A DNA stretch of 64,000 nt from Lytechinus pictus. Its lineage: Eukaryota. Shown in pieces: positions 12,401 to 26,100 of the stretch (positions are counted from its first letter, which is position 1; the number at the start of each line of letters is the position of its first letter). The stretch covers positions 35,218,001 to 35,282,000 of the forward strand of contig NC_087251.1 of assembly GCF_037042905.1 (NCBI RefSeq), given 5' to 3'. A model generated the notes under the pieces. That model did no database searches. It was not told the origin of the DNA and was given only the letters and a program-made list of their open reading frames with translations. Made by a program: the position numbers and the translations under genes.

Positions 12401-15400
12401 TTTACTAAAATGTGCAGTTGCAAAAAAGATGTGCCGTATATCAGTGTATATCATTATTCATTGTGGCCACCGTTCTTCAGGCACACTTCTAACTATTTTC
12501 AGATTAAAAAAAAAAAAAAAAAAAAAATTATCCGTCGGACGTTGCAGCCTAGACACCCCCCCCCCCCGCCGTTCCTTCCTCCCGAACTTTCGCAATAATG
12601 ATGATTTTAAGAATAAGGATAAATAATAATTGACAAAAATGAAGAGTACTCAATCACCTAACGGATATAGCCCAATAATGTAACATGTGCATCATTAGTA
12701 AAGCAGTAAGTATGGGTCATTGGTGCCGGTCCCCGGGGGGGGGGGCACTTACATTGACGAGTGGATACCATGCGCAACCAAAAAACACCGAAAAGGATGC
12801 CTTTTTCAAGATAGGGCACGTTACGTACGTAACGTGATAAGGGTGTCAAAAACACAAAAATATTGAAAAAAGGGTAACTTTTTCGCTCGGATAAATATTC
12901 GTGTTTAGGGTCAAATATGCGGGGATGATGAAACAAAATAAAAATGTTTTATAAAGGATGTCCTTTTTGCCCCAACACTACGTGTTTAGAGTCCGATTTG
13001 CCATGTTTGCGCGAGGTGTGGACGGCCGTACTAAACCAAAATAATGGTGTGTAAAGGTGAAACCGACGACCGACGGACCAGTGACGTAACAATAAAATAT
13101 CGCTGTACTTGTTTAGGGGTTCATTTCAGGGAATACTTGCCAAGAGTATCGTTTTGTTTCCAATACTCGTTAATACTTATTAAGGGTAGGGTTTCACACG
13201 CCAATACTTGTTAAGAGGTGCATTTTCAGAATATGGAAAATACGTGTTTAGGGTGCTTTTCAAGACCCCGTGGTCGCGCATGGTATCCACTCGTCAATGG
13301 AAGTGGCCCCTCCGGGTGCCGGTCAAAGGGGGGGGGGGGGGGAGCTTGGGCCGTGTCTCGAAGAAAAACAAAAGAAAACGAGAAAGAGAAGGAAAATCAA
13401 ATTAAAAAATAACAAAGGGGGGGGGGGGCTTGGTGACCATGCCCCACGGGGGGGGGGGGGGGTAAAGGAGAATGAGAAGGGAAATGGGAAAGATGTGTTA
13501 TTTTCTGAAATCATATCACAATTTATCACAAACTATTATTTTCATTATAATAACTTCAAATTTTGCTCACTCGCTTTGTTCGCTCGGGTTTTTTTTTAAA
13601 TGAAATCTTGCTATACGCGCCATACTGTGTCCTCAACGGATCTGATCGAGGTTTACGGATTTCAAAGCTATTTGAAAGGGATGACATTACCATTTGCATG
13701 CCTCAGCCATGTTAGGGGGTGGGGTGTTAGAGTTTCTTGACGGGAAATTGTTCCAGAAATACTGGTTAGCCTTTTTTCGTGGGGGGGGGGGGTAAGTTTT
13801 TTGCCCTTCTGTGAGAAACATAATGGCATTAATATCCGTCGTTACCATGACAATGCAGAACAGTGGTGTAATGAGATAAAACTTTGTGGGCTCAGACATG
13901 GCGTATCGGGCAAAGATTGTGGAAAGGACAAAAAGTTTGACATTATTATAACAAAAATAATTTCGTGATAGATTTTACATGATATCAAAAATAGTGTATT
14001 TCACCCTTCTCGCTTTCCCTTTCTTTCTTCATGTTCTTGGTCGTTTTTTTTTTTGGGCCCCCCCCCCCCCCCCCCGCCCATCTGTACGCTAGTGATGCAG
14101 TTCCCGACACACTCGAAATTGTTATCTTGTTCAATTTCAACACTGGACCATACCACCTTTACTCCCTAATAATTTACAAAGTTGTTTATTAAGTTATGTT
14201 ACCACATTTTGATAACAATAGGTCCCGTCAGGCATAGTTGCATTATCGGCACATTTTGGAAATTTACCAAAATTTGTCTCAACAAGGCCTACAGTATTCA
14301 TTATTTTCTACCTAGTGTAAGGATCCTCAATAAGTCTATGTATAATGGTCCAAGCTATCCCCTGTATCAGTGTAACTATCCCAAGGGGGAGGCGGAGGGG
14401 GTCACTGCCATTGAAGAGTGGATAGCATCTCAAACGCGAATAATGTGCCCGATTTTGTCCCAGATTTGCACATCTTGGACAAGGAATTGTGTGCTGACGT
14501 CTCAGATTTGCAAATGACACACTCTATTCGCGTTTTAGGCCATCGTGATTTAGGGGGCCCTTTTTCTCATTTTGGATTTTTTTCGCAGAATGCTGTCCAC
14601 TTTTCAATGGCAGTGACAATGGGCGATTCCTTCAATAAAAAAAATTACGAACGCAATTCAAAATGCGAAGTCATGTGTCCACGAAATAGGCAGAGATTTT
14701 GACATCTAAAAAAGTGTGAGGAGGGAAGGGGGTTCTTTCCAGGAATTGGCATCAAAAGGAGCCCCCCCCCCCCCCGTAGTCAGTTCTAATATTTGATGAA
14801 GCAGTTTGACAATTTTTTTTACCGACTCTATTTTTTAGTAAGTAAATGGAAATAAGAATGCCTTTGAGATTGCTTTATAATCTTCAACCGGATCCCAACT
14901 ATTACTTCATTTTGTTGATGTCCTAATTCAGGTTGTTGCTGGGTTTCATGAGCGGTACAGCCTTTCTGTCTTCGTGGATGAGTAATACAGCCGTGACAGC
15001 CATGATGCTTCCCATTGCTCGAGCCGTCCTCGATGAGATCAGAAAACAGGACAACGACGGCGAGCATGAGATGGACTGCGACCTCGGAGAAAACAGAGAA
15101 TACAAGGTGTGGCTTCGACATCAATGTGTAGCAAGGATGATTTATTAAACGATGAATGAGATAATGGGGTTATTCGCCAGTGTATAAGCAATTGTCTTAG
15201 AACAGATTATGAAAACTTTATCTTTTTACTCAATGAATAAGAAAAAAAAACCTATATTTCCTCCACGAACAATATATAAATCACCTATCTGTATCATTTA
15301 TTATGATTACATCAAGATTTTCCATATTACCAGTTCTAAAAAGAATGACATATTGTTTATCTCATCATGTTTTTTTTAGCATATCAGTGTGCTATGCTTG

Positions 15401-18400
15401 TAACTGTTTTTGAAAAATGAGCGGAACTTTAACTGTCACAAGATTTTACTTTGATCTGATTAATTTTTCAGTACTATGCTTTATTCAAATCAACTCGTTA
15501 TTGCGGTTGCCTTGCCATTAATGGGTAGACCTTGACGCGATAAAGTACAACTGAAAACATTCATACATGTCAGGAAAGTCATTGTATGAAAGGGAAATAT
15601 AGGTCTATATACCGGAACGAACAGTGTTATGGCTAAACATCAGAACTAAATTTTTTTTTTCATTCGGGTCATTTTACGGTAACGATTTGATAAAGCTGTC
15701 AAATTGCATTAAAATATCAGTGTATTTCAAACTCCCAAATACATTTTCTCTCTCAAATCATATAAATAATCGTCAACTGATAATAAAAACTTATATTAGG
15801 CCATTGACATTATTCAAAGCATTTTATGCTATGAGATGATCAAGATCAAGGGAATTACACGCATCCTGATGTAATAAGATTTTTAAATTGTCATAATCAT
15901 TTACAGTGGTGCTAGAAAGTTAGTAAATCCCATCACAAAATGCTTTCCTTCATGCTGATTGGTGAATTTAGACTGGTGAGCTCGGACACAAACTTTGTTG
16001 AATGAAATATTTTATCACCTGACCTAACAATTAAATATCTATAACATGGCATGACTTGAACACTTAAATGTGTACATTTTCTGGTGGAGTTCATTAACTT
16101 ATTGGCACCGTTATCATTGATAATGACATTCGTCATCGTCATAATTCCACAAACTTTATTGGTACAGCTTTTTATCTGACCCTAATTGTAGTCATTGCTC
16201 CTAACGCCTCAATATTTGTCACGTGAGAGGCGTTCCCTCCCTGTAAGTCGTTTCTCCCTTCCCTCCCCTCTTATAATTTGGAATGATGCAGTGTTTTTTT
16301 TCTCCTAGGCAGTGGCGTACCGTGGGTCATGGCATGGGGGGGGGGGGCACCAGCAAAAATTTTGAGTCACTTAGTGGGCACGCGAAGCGCGCTCAATTGC
16401 CAAGGTGCTGTGACCTACATGTAATAGAGAGATTTTAAGGACGGTGCCATTAAAAGGATATGTATCTCACTTATCAAATAATGGGAGCGCGAAGCGCGAG
16501 CTGAACATTTTTGATATTCAGACCTAAGAAAGGATATCATAAGCAAAGTTTTGTAATCATGATACGTACCTCTCTCACAAAACAAACAATGCGAGCGCGA
16601 AGCGCGAGCTAAATTTTTTTATACATTGACCCGAAACAGGGACATTTTGAGGACTGTTTTAGGGAATTCATAAAGAGCATACACATCTCACCATAGTCAT
16701 CTAATGCGAGCGCCATGCAAGCGCTTGCTGATTTTGTTAGAATTACACCTTACTCATGAAACACCTTTCGTAGTCATTGTTATCATGAAAATGATACATA
16801 TCTGACTACTCAAATATTGCGAGCGCAAAGCGCGAGGTGAAAATTTTTGAAATTTAGACCTGAAGAGGGGCATTGTAAGGCTTGTTTGTAGGAATTCACT
16901 AAGACCATACGTATTTCACTAACCAAATGATGCGAGCGCGAGCTAAAAAAAATTTATATGAAGAGCAGACATCTCGCTAGTACAATACGAACGCAAGCAC
17001 GGACAGGAAATGTTTGATATTCAGACCTTAAAAGGGGGCAATCATGAAAAAGTCATTAAAAAAAGCATATGTCACTACATAAAACAATAAATACTCGAAG
17101 TGCGAGGAAATATATTTGGTGTATATTGACTTGAAAACGGGATATTTTAGTACAACAGGATTATTATATACACAACAAAAAAATGTAAGTCCCCCCTAAA
17201 TCAAATTGCTGTAACTTTTAGGCAGAATAATTTTGAAATATGATATTTGGTAGGTGGTTTTCTACACTTATCAAGCAACTCCTGGGGAAAAATGAGATTG
17301 ATCAGTTGAGTCATGCATGAGTAATCAAAGATTGAATTAAAAATGACAATTTTTGAAAGTCACAAGAGTCGTTTCTCAGATTGTGTAAATACAAAGTTGG
17401 GCAAAGGTTGTTTTTAGTTGAATTTCATGGTGTTAATGCTGTTTTACTATCCATCATGGTTGAGTGAGCACAATGTTTTGTGACTTATCATCATAGGGGT
17501 TTATGGCAGTATCCTCACAACTTGTTAAAACATGTTAAAATTCGAAAATGTTGGTGGCTCCCCCAATTACTCGGCCCTTCCCCATTTTAAAATTCTGGAT
17601 CCACCACTGATTTGTCCATAAATTCAACTGATCCTGATAAATTATTAGGAACAGAATACATTTATGCAGTATTCCCAAATTTTCGAGTGTGCTCGCTCAA
17701 CCATGAAAATGTAGAGTTCGGAAAGTGTGTGGTGATAAAACTGATGGATGATAAAAACAACAGCAATTAAGTCACATTTGAAACCGAATTTGCCCCCATT
17801 ATTCACTTTATTACCCCTCAAAATGTGTCTGTGACATTGAAAATACCCCCTTTCCCTTTTTGATGCATGCTCACTCATCCATAAATAAACATATCGATTT
17901 CATTTTTGCACAGGATTCTGCCCGTAGGTTGATAAACATAAATGCCTAATGACATTGCTAAAGACAGCCTTGAAAAAAAGTTCCACCGTATTGAATAAGG
18001 GATCACTTATTATTAAACATATGCACCCATAGTATATAGTGTACACAATGTCTATGAGAGAGGAAGTCAAAATTTTAACAAAAATGAAATGAGGGTTTGT
18101 TTCATGGACGGTTTTTGTTACTTCTGCCAACAATTTTTTCATGAAACTTCGCACATGGCTTCAGATTAACACTATCCAAAAGGCGCACACATCAAAATAA
18201 TCATACGGCATAGAGTGGGACCAAGGCCTTAGAATTTCTTCTCATTTGCATAAATTTCGAATATTGCGTGCTCACTGAAGCATTAAACATCGGGATTATC
18301 ATAAAAATCTAAATCAATATGCAAGGAGATTTTTGACAGATATCAAAAGTTAACAATTGCATTTTTTCCAATAACGTAAAAAAGAGCTAATCACACTCGA

Positions 18401-19032
18401 CATGTTCATTCAAGCGTTAATGTTTAATTAAACGCATTAGAATCATTGTATCATGTTAATTGATCATGAACATAACGAAAAAGGTTGAGAAAAGATCATT
18501 TCAGTTACCAAAATGAAAGAGTAGTTGCCTATGATATTTTAAATTCGTATTTTTTGTTTTCATGAAATGTTTATTGATCCGTGAAACGATGAATATTTTT
18601 GAAGATACTCTTCCCAACAATAACTGTCATCATATTCGATCATTTTTATCGATAGAAATGTGTAAAAAATCCAATTATAGCAAATATTAACTTGTGTTTA
18701 TTCAACCGTGAAATTTAGCCAAAAAACTTGTATTGTCTTTTGGAAAGTACCTTTCGGACAATTTTTCATGATGGAAATATGGAATTCGTACCAATCAAGT
18801 GGAATCAAAATCATGATATTTGGCTTGTGACTTTTGAAAAGTGGCAATTTTGCCTTCTGGTGGTGCTCACTGAAGCATGATATAAAATACGTCCATAACA
18901 TTTACTCAGAGGGTGGCTTATAAATTTACCTACACGCTCATGTAAAAATATCAAAAACTCTCATTGGTTCGGAAATTATGGATGTTTGTTTAAGGGGGGA
19001 CTTACTTTTTTGTTGTGTGTGTATATATATAA

Positions 19033-19108
<76 letters not shown>

Positions 19109-20061
19109 TTGTATGTATACATATATATATATATATATATATATAAATAATTGATGTTTGTTTAAGGGGGACTTATATATATATATATATATCATTACTC
19201 AGACAATGCGAGCACCAGAAATGATGAACACATTAGCCCTCTATATACACCCTAAGCCAATTATGTTTCATAAATCTATGAATTTTTTTAAAAATGTAAT
19301 ATGATGTAATATATATTATATTATATAACATAATATATAAAATACAATAATTTCCCCTCTACGTTTCTATTTCTTTTTCTCCTTTTCCCCCGTTTTTTTT
19401 TTGGCCAGCCAATTACAATTATGGGGGGGGGGGCAAAAAGTGCCCCCCATGCCCCCCTGTAGTTACGCCACTGCCCCTAGGTAATTATGAATTCCTTAAT
19501 GTTGCTGTATGACAGTCATGTTACTTTTTAAAGTTTTATTGAAGATTGATGTAGCTAAGCACACAAATAATGACATCTCTTTGTGTTTTGATGCATTTAA
19601 TTATTCGAAGGTACAACCTTTTGAAAGAATTTCGATCCTCACCCCCCTTCTTTATTATCGACTAGCCCAACAACCAAACTGTTTTGCCTCCTGAAAAGCA
19701 AATAAAAGGAAACAGAAACGGCCATGAATTAGAAAGGTGGGTGTCATCGTTAGTAATCATTCACACTTGCACTTTTAGCAATATCATAATTGTACCTTTC
19801 TCATTTTATTTCTTTTCTTTTCCTACCCACTTTACTTATTTTCCATTATTTTATTTGACAATGAAAGATAAGTCTCTTTTATTGTACTGTAGTCTGGTGT
19901 TCTTACCCCTGTCCTTTCGAGTCCTCAATCAATTTTAAACTCCCATCTTAAAGATGTTGGTCTCCAATCTTTCTAAATATTGATGATATTTACAGTAAAT
20001 GTAAAAATTATATCTCCCCCTTGAACATATGGAATCACCTATTTGCATAATTTATATATAT

Positions 20062-20112
<51 letters not shown>

Positions 20113-23100
20113 ATATATATATACTGTATATATTTATTTATTTATGAAAACAAAATATTCCAAGTATAACTTATATTTGATTTAGAATAATTATATGTAT
20201 GTTTATCATTATGATTGAAAATGTTTGCTTATTATTTGTTATACATAGTAAAATGCTGTTTGAATTTTTTATACAACGCTTTACTTTTTTACCATACAGT
20301 AGTTGTTTAAAAGGTTTAATTAAACAATTGTTAAAAAAGAAATTAAATTTAATTATCAATGAAACTGTTATACAATTTCTGTAAAGTTCTTAATATAGTA
20401 AACAAAGTTTTATAAAATATTAAACAGCGTTTTTACTGTATACTTTTGTTATAAAAAATGTGGAAATAAAACAAAATCAAATCAATTAAAATCCTTTGTT
20501 AATTCCATTCGAAAATGATACTATCAATAATATTGGCCCCTTTATTATATTCTAATGGAATATGATAAATACAAAAATGAGATTAGCAAATCTTATTAAT
20601 GATAGGCCTTAATTTGTCGATAAAGTCTTTTTTCTCACGAAAGAAAAAATCGACCAACGCGACCATAAATTTTATCATAACTCTTGCAATACAGGGAAGA
20701 GATGGATTCGGTGCTCGATCTTCCACCAAGCCCGTCCTCGGTTGATCAAGACAGGCGCCATCTAAGTCTATGCAAAGCTATTTTCCTTTGCATTCCCTAT
20801 GCTGCCAATGTAGGTGGGACGGGATCTTTAGTTGGTACCCCAGCGAATGTGGTCTGCGTTGCTGTTGTTGAAAGGTAAAGAAAAGTTCCCAAAACCTTAC
20901 ATATCCCATGGCACCTGCTCCGGCGACAATTAAGTGCATGGATATAAGAACGATCCAAGTCAATCTTTTTTACCTCTACCATTTTTACCTTTGTCATTAT
21001 TACGTGTGCCATTGTTACCTCTGTCATTATTACCTCTGCCATTATTACCTCTGCCCTTTTAACAATGAACCGTTTTAGCTGTTCCACAGTAATTTTTTTC
21101 TTTTGTATCAAGCTTTTGTAGCCTTTCACAATTAAATCAACATGGTACTCGAATGTCAATATATCACATGTCTAGTCATAGACTTCATTCATTGCAGAGT
21201 TCAGTTGATTTTCGCCAATTCCATAGTACTACCACAAACACACAAAGTTGCATCGTGAGCAAACAAAACAATCTTTCCTGATTTAATACTAGAAAACCCC
21301 CATTCCACAGACAAGACATCTGAAAGATTGCTGTAAGACCACGAAACTTGCTTGATCTTTAAAAGGTCCCTAAATCAACTTTCAAAGATCTCCGAGGTCT
21401 TTCACGATTCGTGATGGATCTTTCAGTAGTCTTCGTGGTCCTCATGAGTCCCAAAACTTTTTGAAACGGTTCAAAACAGTCTTTCAGTGGTCTTTCAGGA
21501 AAATGGTCTTTTGGTTGTCTTTCAGCAGTCTTCCAGCGGTCTGTCTGTGAACTTTCGAACTTCTTATTAGTCTTTCTATGTCTCTCAAGATTTTTGCGGA
21601 GATCACTGTAAGACTCGTGAGAGATCATTGAAAGATCTCTAAAAGACCATTGAAATATAACAACAGGACTTGTCTAAGTCCAGTAAGACAAGAAGTATCT
21701 TCGAGGAGTCTTTCTGAGCCATTCCACAGAGATGACAAATTTCAGTGATCTTGGAGACTGCTGTAAGACCTTGTCAATTTTGGACTTTCAAAGGTCCTTC
21801 AAAGGTCTCTCCTCTGTGGAATGGGGGCCTAATATAAATTTGAAATGATAGAGGCCCTAAAACTGCGCCTTGTGGAATCCCTAGAAGAGGCCGACTTTAT
21901 ATTAGATTTGCTACCTCTTATGTCGTGCATTTTCCCTAAAACATTCATATTTTGATACACTCAATTCTAGTCCCATGGGCGTGATGGAAAATATGCCTAA
22001 AGCAGGAGAAGGCCTATAATAACAGAATGCAAAGCAAAATAAAAATGTTGATATTAAGGTTAGAGATGTTAAGAAAAAGAAGGTATGCGTACATTTTTAT
22101 TCTATAACTCAGATTTTTTTTTCTTCGGATACGTGTAGTGTCATTGCCCTGGAAAATGGATGTTGATTAAAGCAATGGGCCATGATATTTCATCATTTAG
22201 CGTATCGTGAATCTCAAACAGTCATTAAAGTTATTATGGAAGAAGGATTAGTCGATTCCCACCTGACACTACCAACTTTAATAGTTCCATATTCCCATAC
22301 TGCCATCTTGTCTGTTGCAACATGAAATAGATGAAAGTTATTGAATGTTCTTGACGCATTTCAAAACTCAAATTTTTCAGTCTATTCGGTAAGGAGACGG
22401 GTCTCAACTTTGGCACTTGGACTCTCTACTGTTATCCACAGATGATTGTATGTGTTTTACTCATATGGGTTTGGCTCCAGTTCGTGTATCTACCAAGGAA
22501 CAGGTTGGTATAAAATCGCATCTATCTAATCGTTCACGCAATAAAGCACGTAACCGGGGTGGGGTTGGCTTCTGCCCTCCATTAAAAAGAAGTATATACA
22601 ACATTTTTTCACGTGACAATCAGATTTACGTCTGTTTTTTTTTTTTTGCATGGTCAGCCCACCACTGTCGGCTCAGCAACCCCCCCCCCCCCGCTTTCAA
22701 AACGCAATTTTATCCTTTCAATTGACATCCATGGCTATTCAATATTGTACCTTGTTGATGTTTCATAAAGATGTTCGTAAGTTAAGACCACGACTGGTGA
22801 TCCTTTCTTGTACATGGTAAACCATACACCAAAATGTTCACTGGCGACTGTTAAGCGCGTAAGAAAGGTTCACCAGCCATTCTTTAAGTCGCTCTTAACT
22901 GACGAACAGCTTTATGAAACAGCCACAGGGTTCCTCATATTGAATTGCAATCGTATATAGGAAATGATATTTGATCACCCAGTTTTAATACTCACAAAAA
23001 TGGTGTGATGTGAACTTCATTCCTTTGGCCTGTATATGAACCTGAGATCGTGCCGGCGATATGAAGAATAAAACATGTGCAATGCGGCATGTTTGGCGAG

Positions 23101-26100
23101 ACCACAGTTTCTAAACATGAAAGAAGTACAGAAAACTACAATCGGTTGGGGATACAAAATTAATTCATGTTTAAAACTTTTACCATTTTTAACAATTATT
23201 TGGGACGAGCTTTCTGCCAAGAGAAAGTCTCAAGGCTTGAGGAACGCAACAGGAGTGCATGAAAGCTCTCCCGAAACAATTGTTGAGGTTGATAAAAGTT
23301 TTTTAATTATTTAATGAATGCAGTAGATTAGTATGAACTCCATCAAACCAGTATTTTTATGATTAAGAATCAGCTGAAATTCACCTTCCTCAGACTTCGA
23401 CAAATCCACCGCTGGACAAATCTGTTGACGTTTATTCTACTCAAGTAAAGAATGCAAATCTGAGGTAAAATTGTTTGAAGCGTTGGATTTTGGGCATTCA
23501 TGCTGCAATATCGTTATGTTTCTTTGTATGGTTAGTTTTTTCCATTTATTTCTTTAATTAGTTTCAGATGTAAGAGTAACAGAGAGAGCACCTCCAAAGC
23601 CAAAAAGATTAGAAAAGTAATACAGCGAGCATATGACGACCTTGGTCCTGTAAGGTATGTTAGGGCTGTTTTTTTTGTTATACATATTGTATTCTATATT
23701 CCTTAGTCTATATTCTATAATCTGTATTCTATATTTTATATTCTACATTATGTGTTCTATATATGCTATTATTTATATTCATTATTCTATTTTCTATATT
23801 CTCTATTCGGATTTCTATATTTATATTTTACATTCTATATTATATTATCTATTCCTTTCTATATTCTATATTTTTTATTCTGTATTCATATCTTATCTAA
23901 AGTCTTTATTCTTTTTATGTTTTCTATATTCTACATGCGTTATTTTGTATTCTATATCTATATTTTAGATTTTTATTCTGCACTCTGTATGCTATATTCG
24001 ATGTTTTATATTCTTTAATCTGCATTCTATATTCTATGTTATACGTTCTGTATACTAGATCTGATTGTTATACAGCATTTTTTTTCAATAGGTCTACACA
24101 TAAGAATTTACAAGCATAAACTTTCTTGCTTCATGCATAAAGATTAGAAAATACAACAACGTATAAAAGGTCATGGAACACATTATCAAAATATTTATAA
24201 ATAGAATGGCAACCATGCATAAGCAATTGTCGCATGGCCAGTCAATGCATCCGGTAAATTTGCCTTGCGTCCGGTAATTACTTATGCATTGCAAATTTAC
24301 CGGATGCATGGCAAGCCATACGTCGGTAATTACTTATGCAAGGTTGTAAAAAATATATTTTTGCCAAAAAATTTCACCATTCTAAAAACAAATAATGCAC
24401 AGGATTGCTCGTGCATTGGTAGGACTAATGAGAATGCGGTTACTATGGAATCTAGTCTAAACCCACTCGGCCGCGCCTCTGGTTTTAATAGTTTCATAGT
24501 TACCTTATTCTTACAAAACCTACCAATGCACTCACATCTGTGCATCATTTGTGTGACATCTTATATTTATTACACTTTATAATCCAAATTTTAACATTCT
24601 TTATTCTATTTTGTATTAGGAAAAAAAAATAAACTGCCTACCTTCATGCCCAAGGGGCATACACCATCACGTCACGGGTATCAGAGATAATCTTATTTAA
24701 TTGAATCTACTATTTTCTCTCTTTTTTTCATTTTCATAATTTAATACAAGATTTGCAGAATGGGCTATCTTAGCACACTTCGTGATCATTGTAGCACTCT
24801 GGATTACCCAAGATCCCAAGGTATTTCCTGGCTGGGCGTCTCTCTTTCCTCCTGGGTGAGCAAAACAAAATGTATTACCACTACACTTACCACTGGCGTA
24901 CAGTTGGGGGTGGGGTTGGACTCTTGGAGCCATATGGACGCCCTCCCCATATACACAAAAAAGAGAGAAAAGTTTCATGATGAAGGAAAAAGAGAAAAGG
25001 AAAGAAAGTTATAAGGACAAATGTTGAAATATGATACTTCTTGAAATTATCACAAATTCAGATTTTTACAGTAATAAAAATCATATTTTTGCTCGCTCGC
25101 CCATACGCCATGTTGGCCAATAACACCAGTGATGTGTGCATCGTTCATATCATGAACATACACTTTTAAAATATTTAAACATTAAGAAACCCAAATAAGC
25201 AGAACCCCTAGTTATGGCCCTGATTGAACTCGTAAAGTGAATAATCGGCTATCATGTCTATGATGGCTGTACAGTATACAAATGATGCATGGGTTAGAGT
25301 GGGTCGGTAGGAACTGTGTGCACAAGGTAACTTTGGCATGGTTTAGACCATAATTCCAAAGTTACCGAGTGCACACAGTTCCACTGACCCACGATAAAAC
25401 CTGTGCATCATTTGTTTTATAGAATGGGGGCTTTTATTTAAGAAAAAGCCCAAAATAAAAAAAAAATAAAACCGGACGCATGAAATTATTTACCTCACGC
25501 ATGATTTTTTTTAACCGGACGCATGATTTTTTTTTACCGGACGCATGATTTTTTTTTACCGGACGCATGATTTTTTTTACTGGACGCATTTTTTTTTAGA
25601 TTGATATGAAAAGTAAAAAAAAAATTAAAATTAAAAATAAGATTTTGTTTTCTTAATTTTTTTTTCTAATTTTTTTGAAAAAAAAATTACAAAAAAATTG
25701 TTAAAAAAAATAATATTTGCTTTTCATATGCAGCCAGTAAAAATTCTTGCATAGCTCTCAACCAATCAGATTACAGGGATTTTCTCATCCATTTTTATAA
25801 TAGTGCGAACTATGCATCAGGAAAGCGTTATTTCATATTTCATTAAATCTTGTAGAGCCACATTGCCAAAATGAATGCCGTCAGTGACGTGAAAACATCG
25901 TAGTAGAAATATTGCACAACTATGTTTTATAACGAAATGCTGTCATGTAATATCATTTTTTATTTTTGTTCTTAATCTTTCAGCGTCAAAAGTTCAGCGC
26001 CGACCATATTGATCGCCATTTCTCTTTTTTGTTTCCCATCCGAGCGACCTCTACGTCTGATAAGAATCAGAGATCAGCAAATGCGTGGTAAGCCAACAAA

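Larger units (their letters stand above)
16310..19473. mobile_element. 3.2-kb non-autonomous hAT-like element with internal GCGAGCGCGAAGCGCGAG repeats
   Basis: TIR cagtggcgta/tacgccactg; 8-bp TSD ctcctagg/cccctagg. Absent from the gene B intron, which has the single site cccctagg at about 50090-50097. Confidence 0.9.

Noticed and set aside
23657..24018. Hydrophobic Y/I/F-rich ORFs resembling membrane proteins
   Set aside because: Translation of a low-complexity ATTCT-type repeat.
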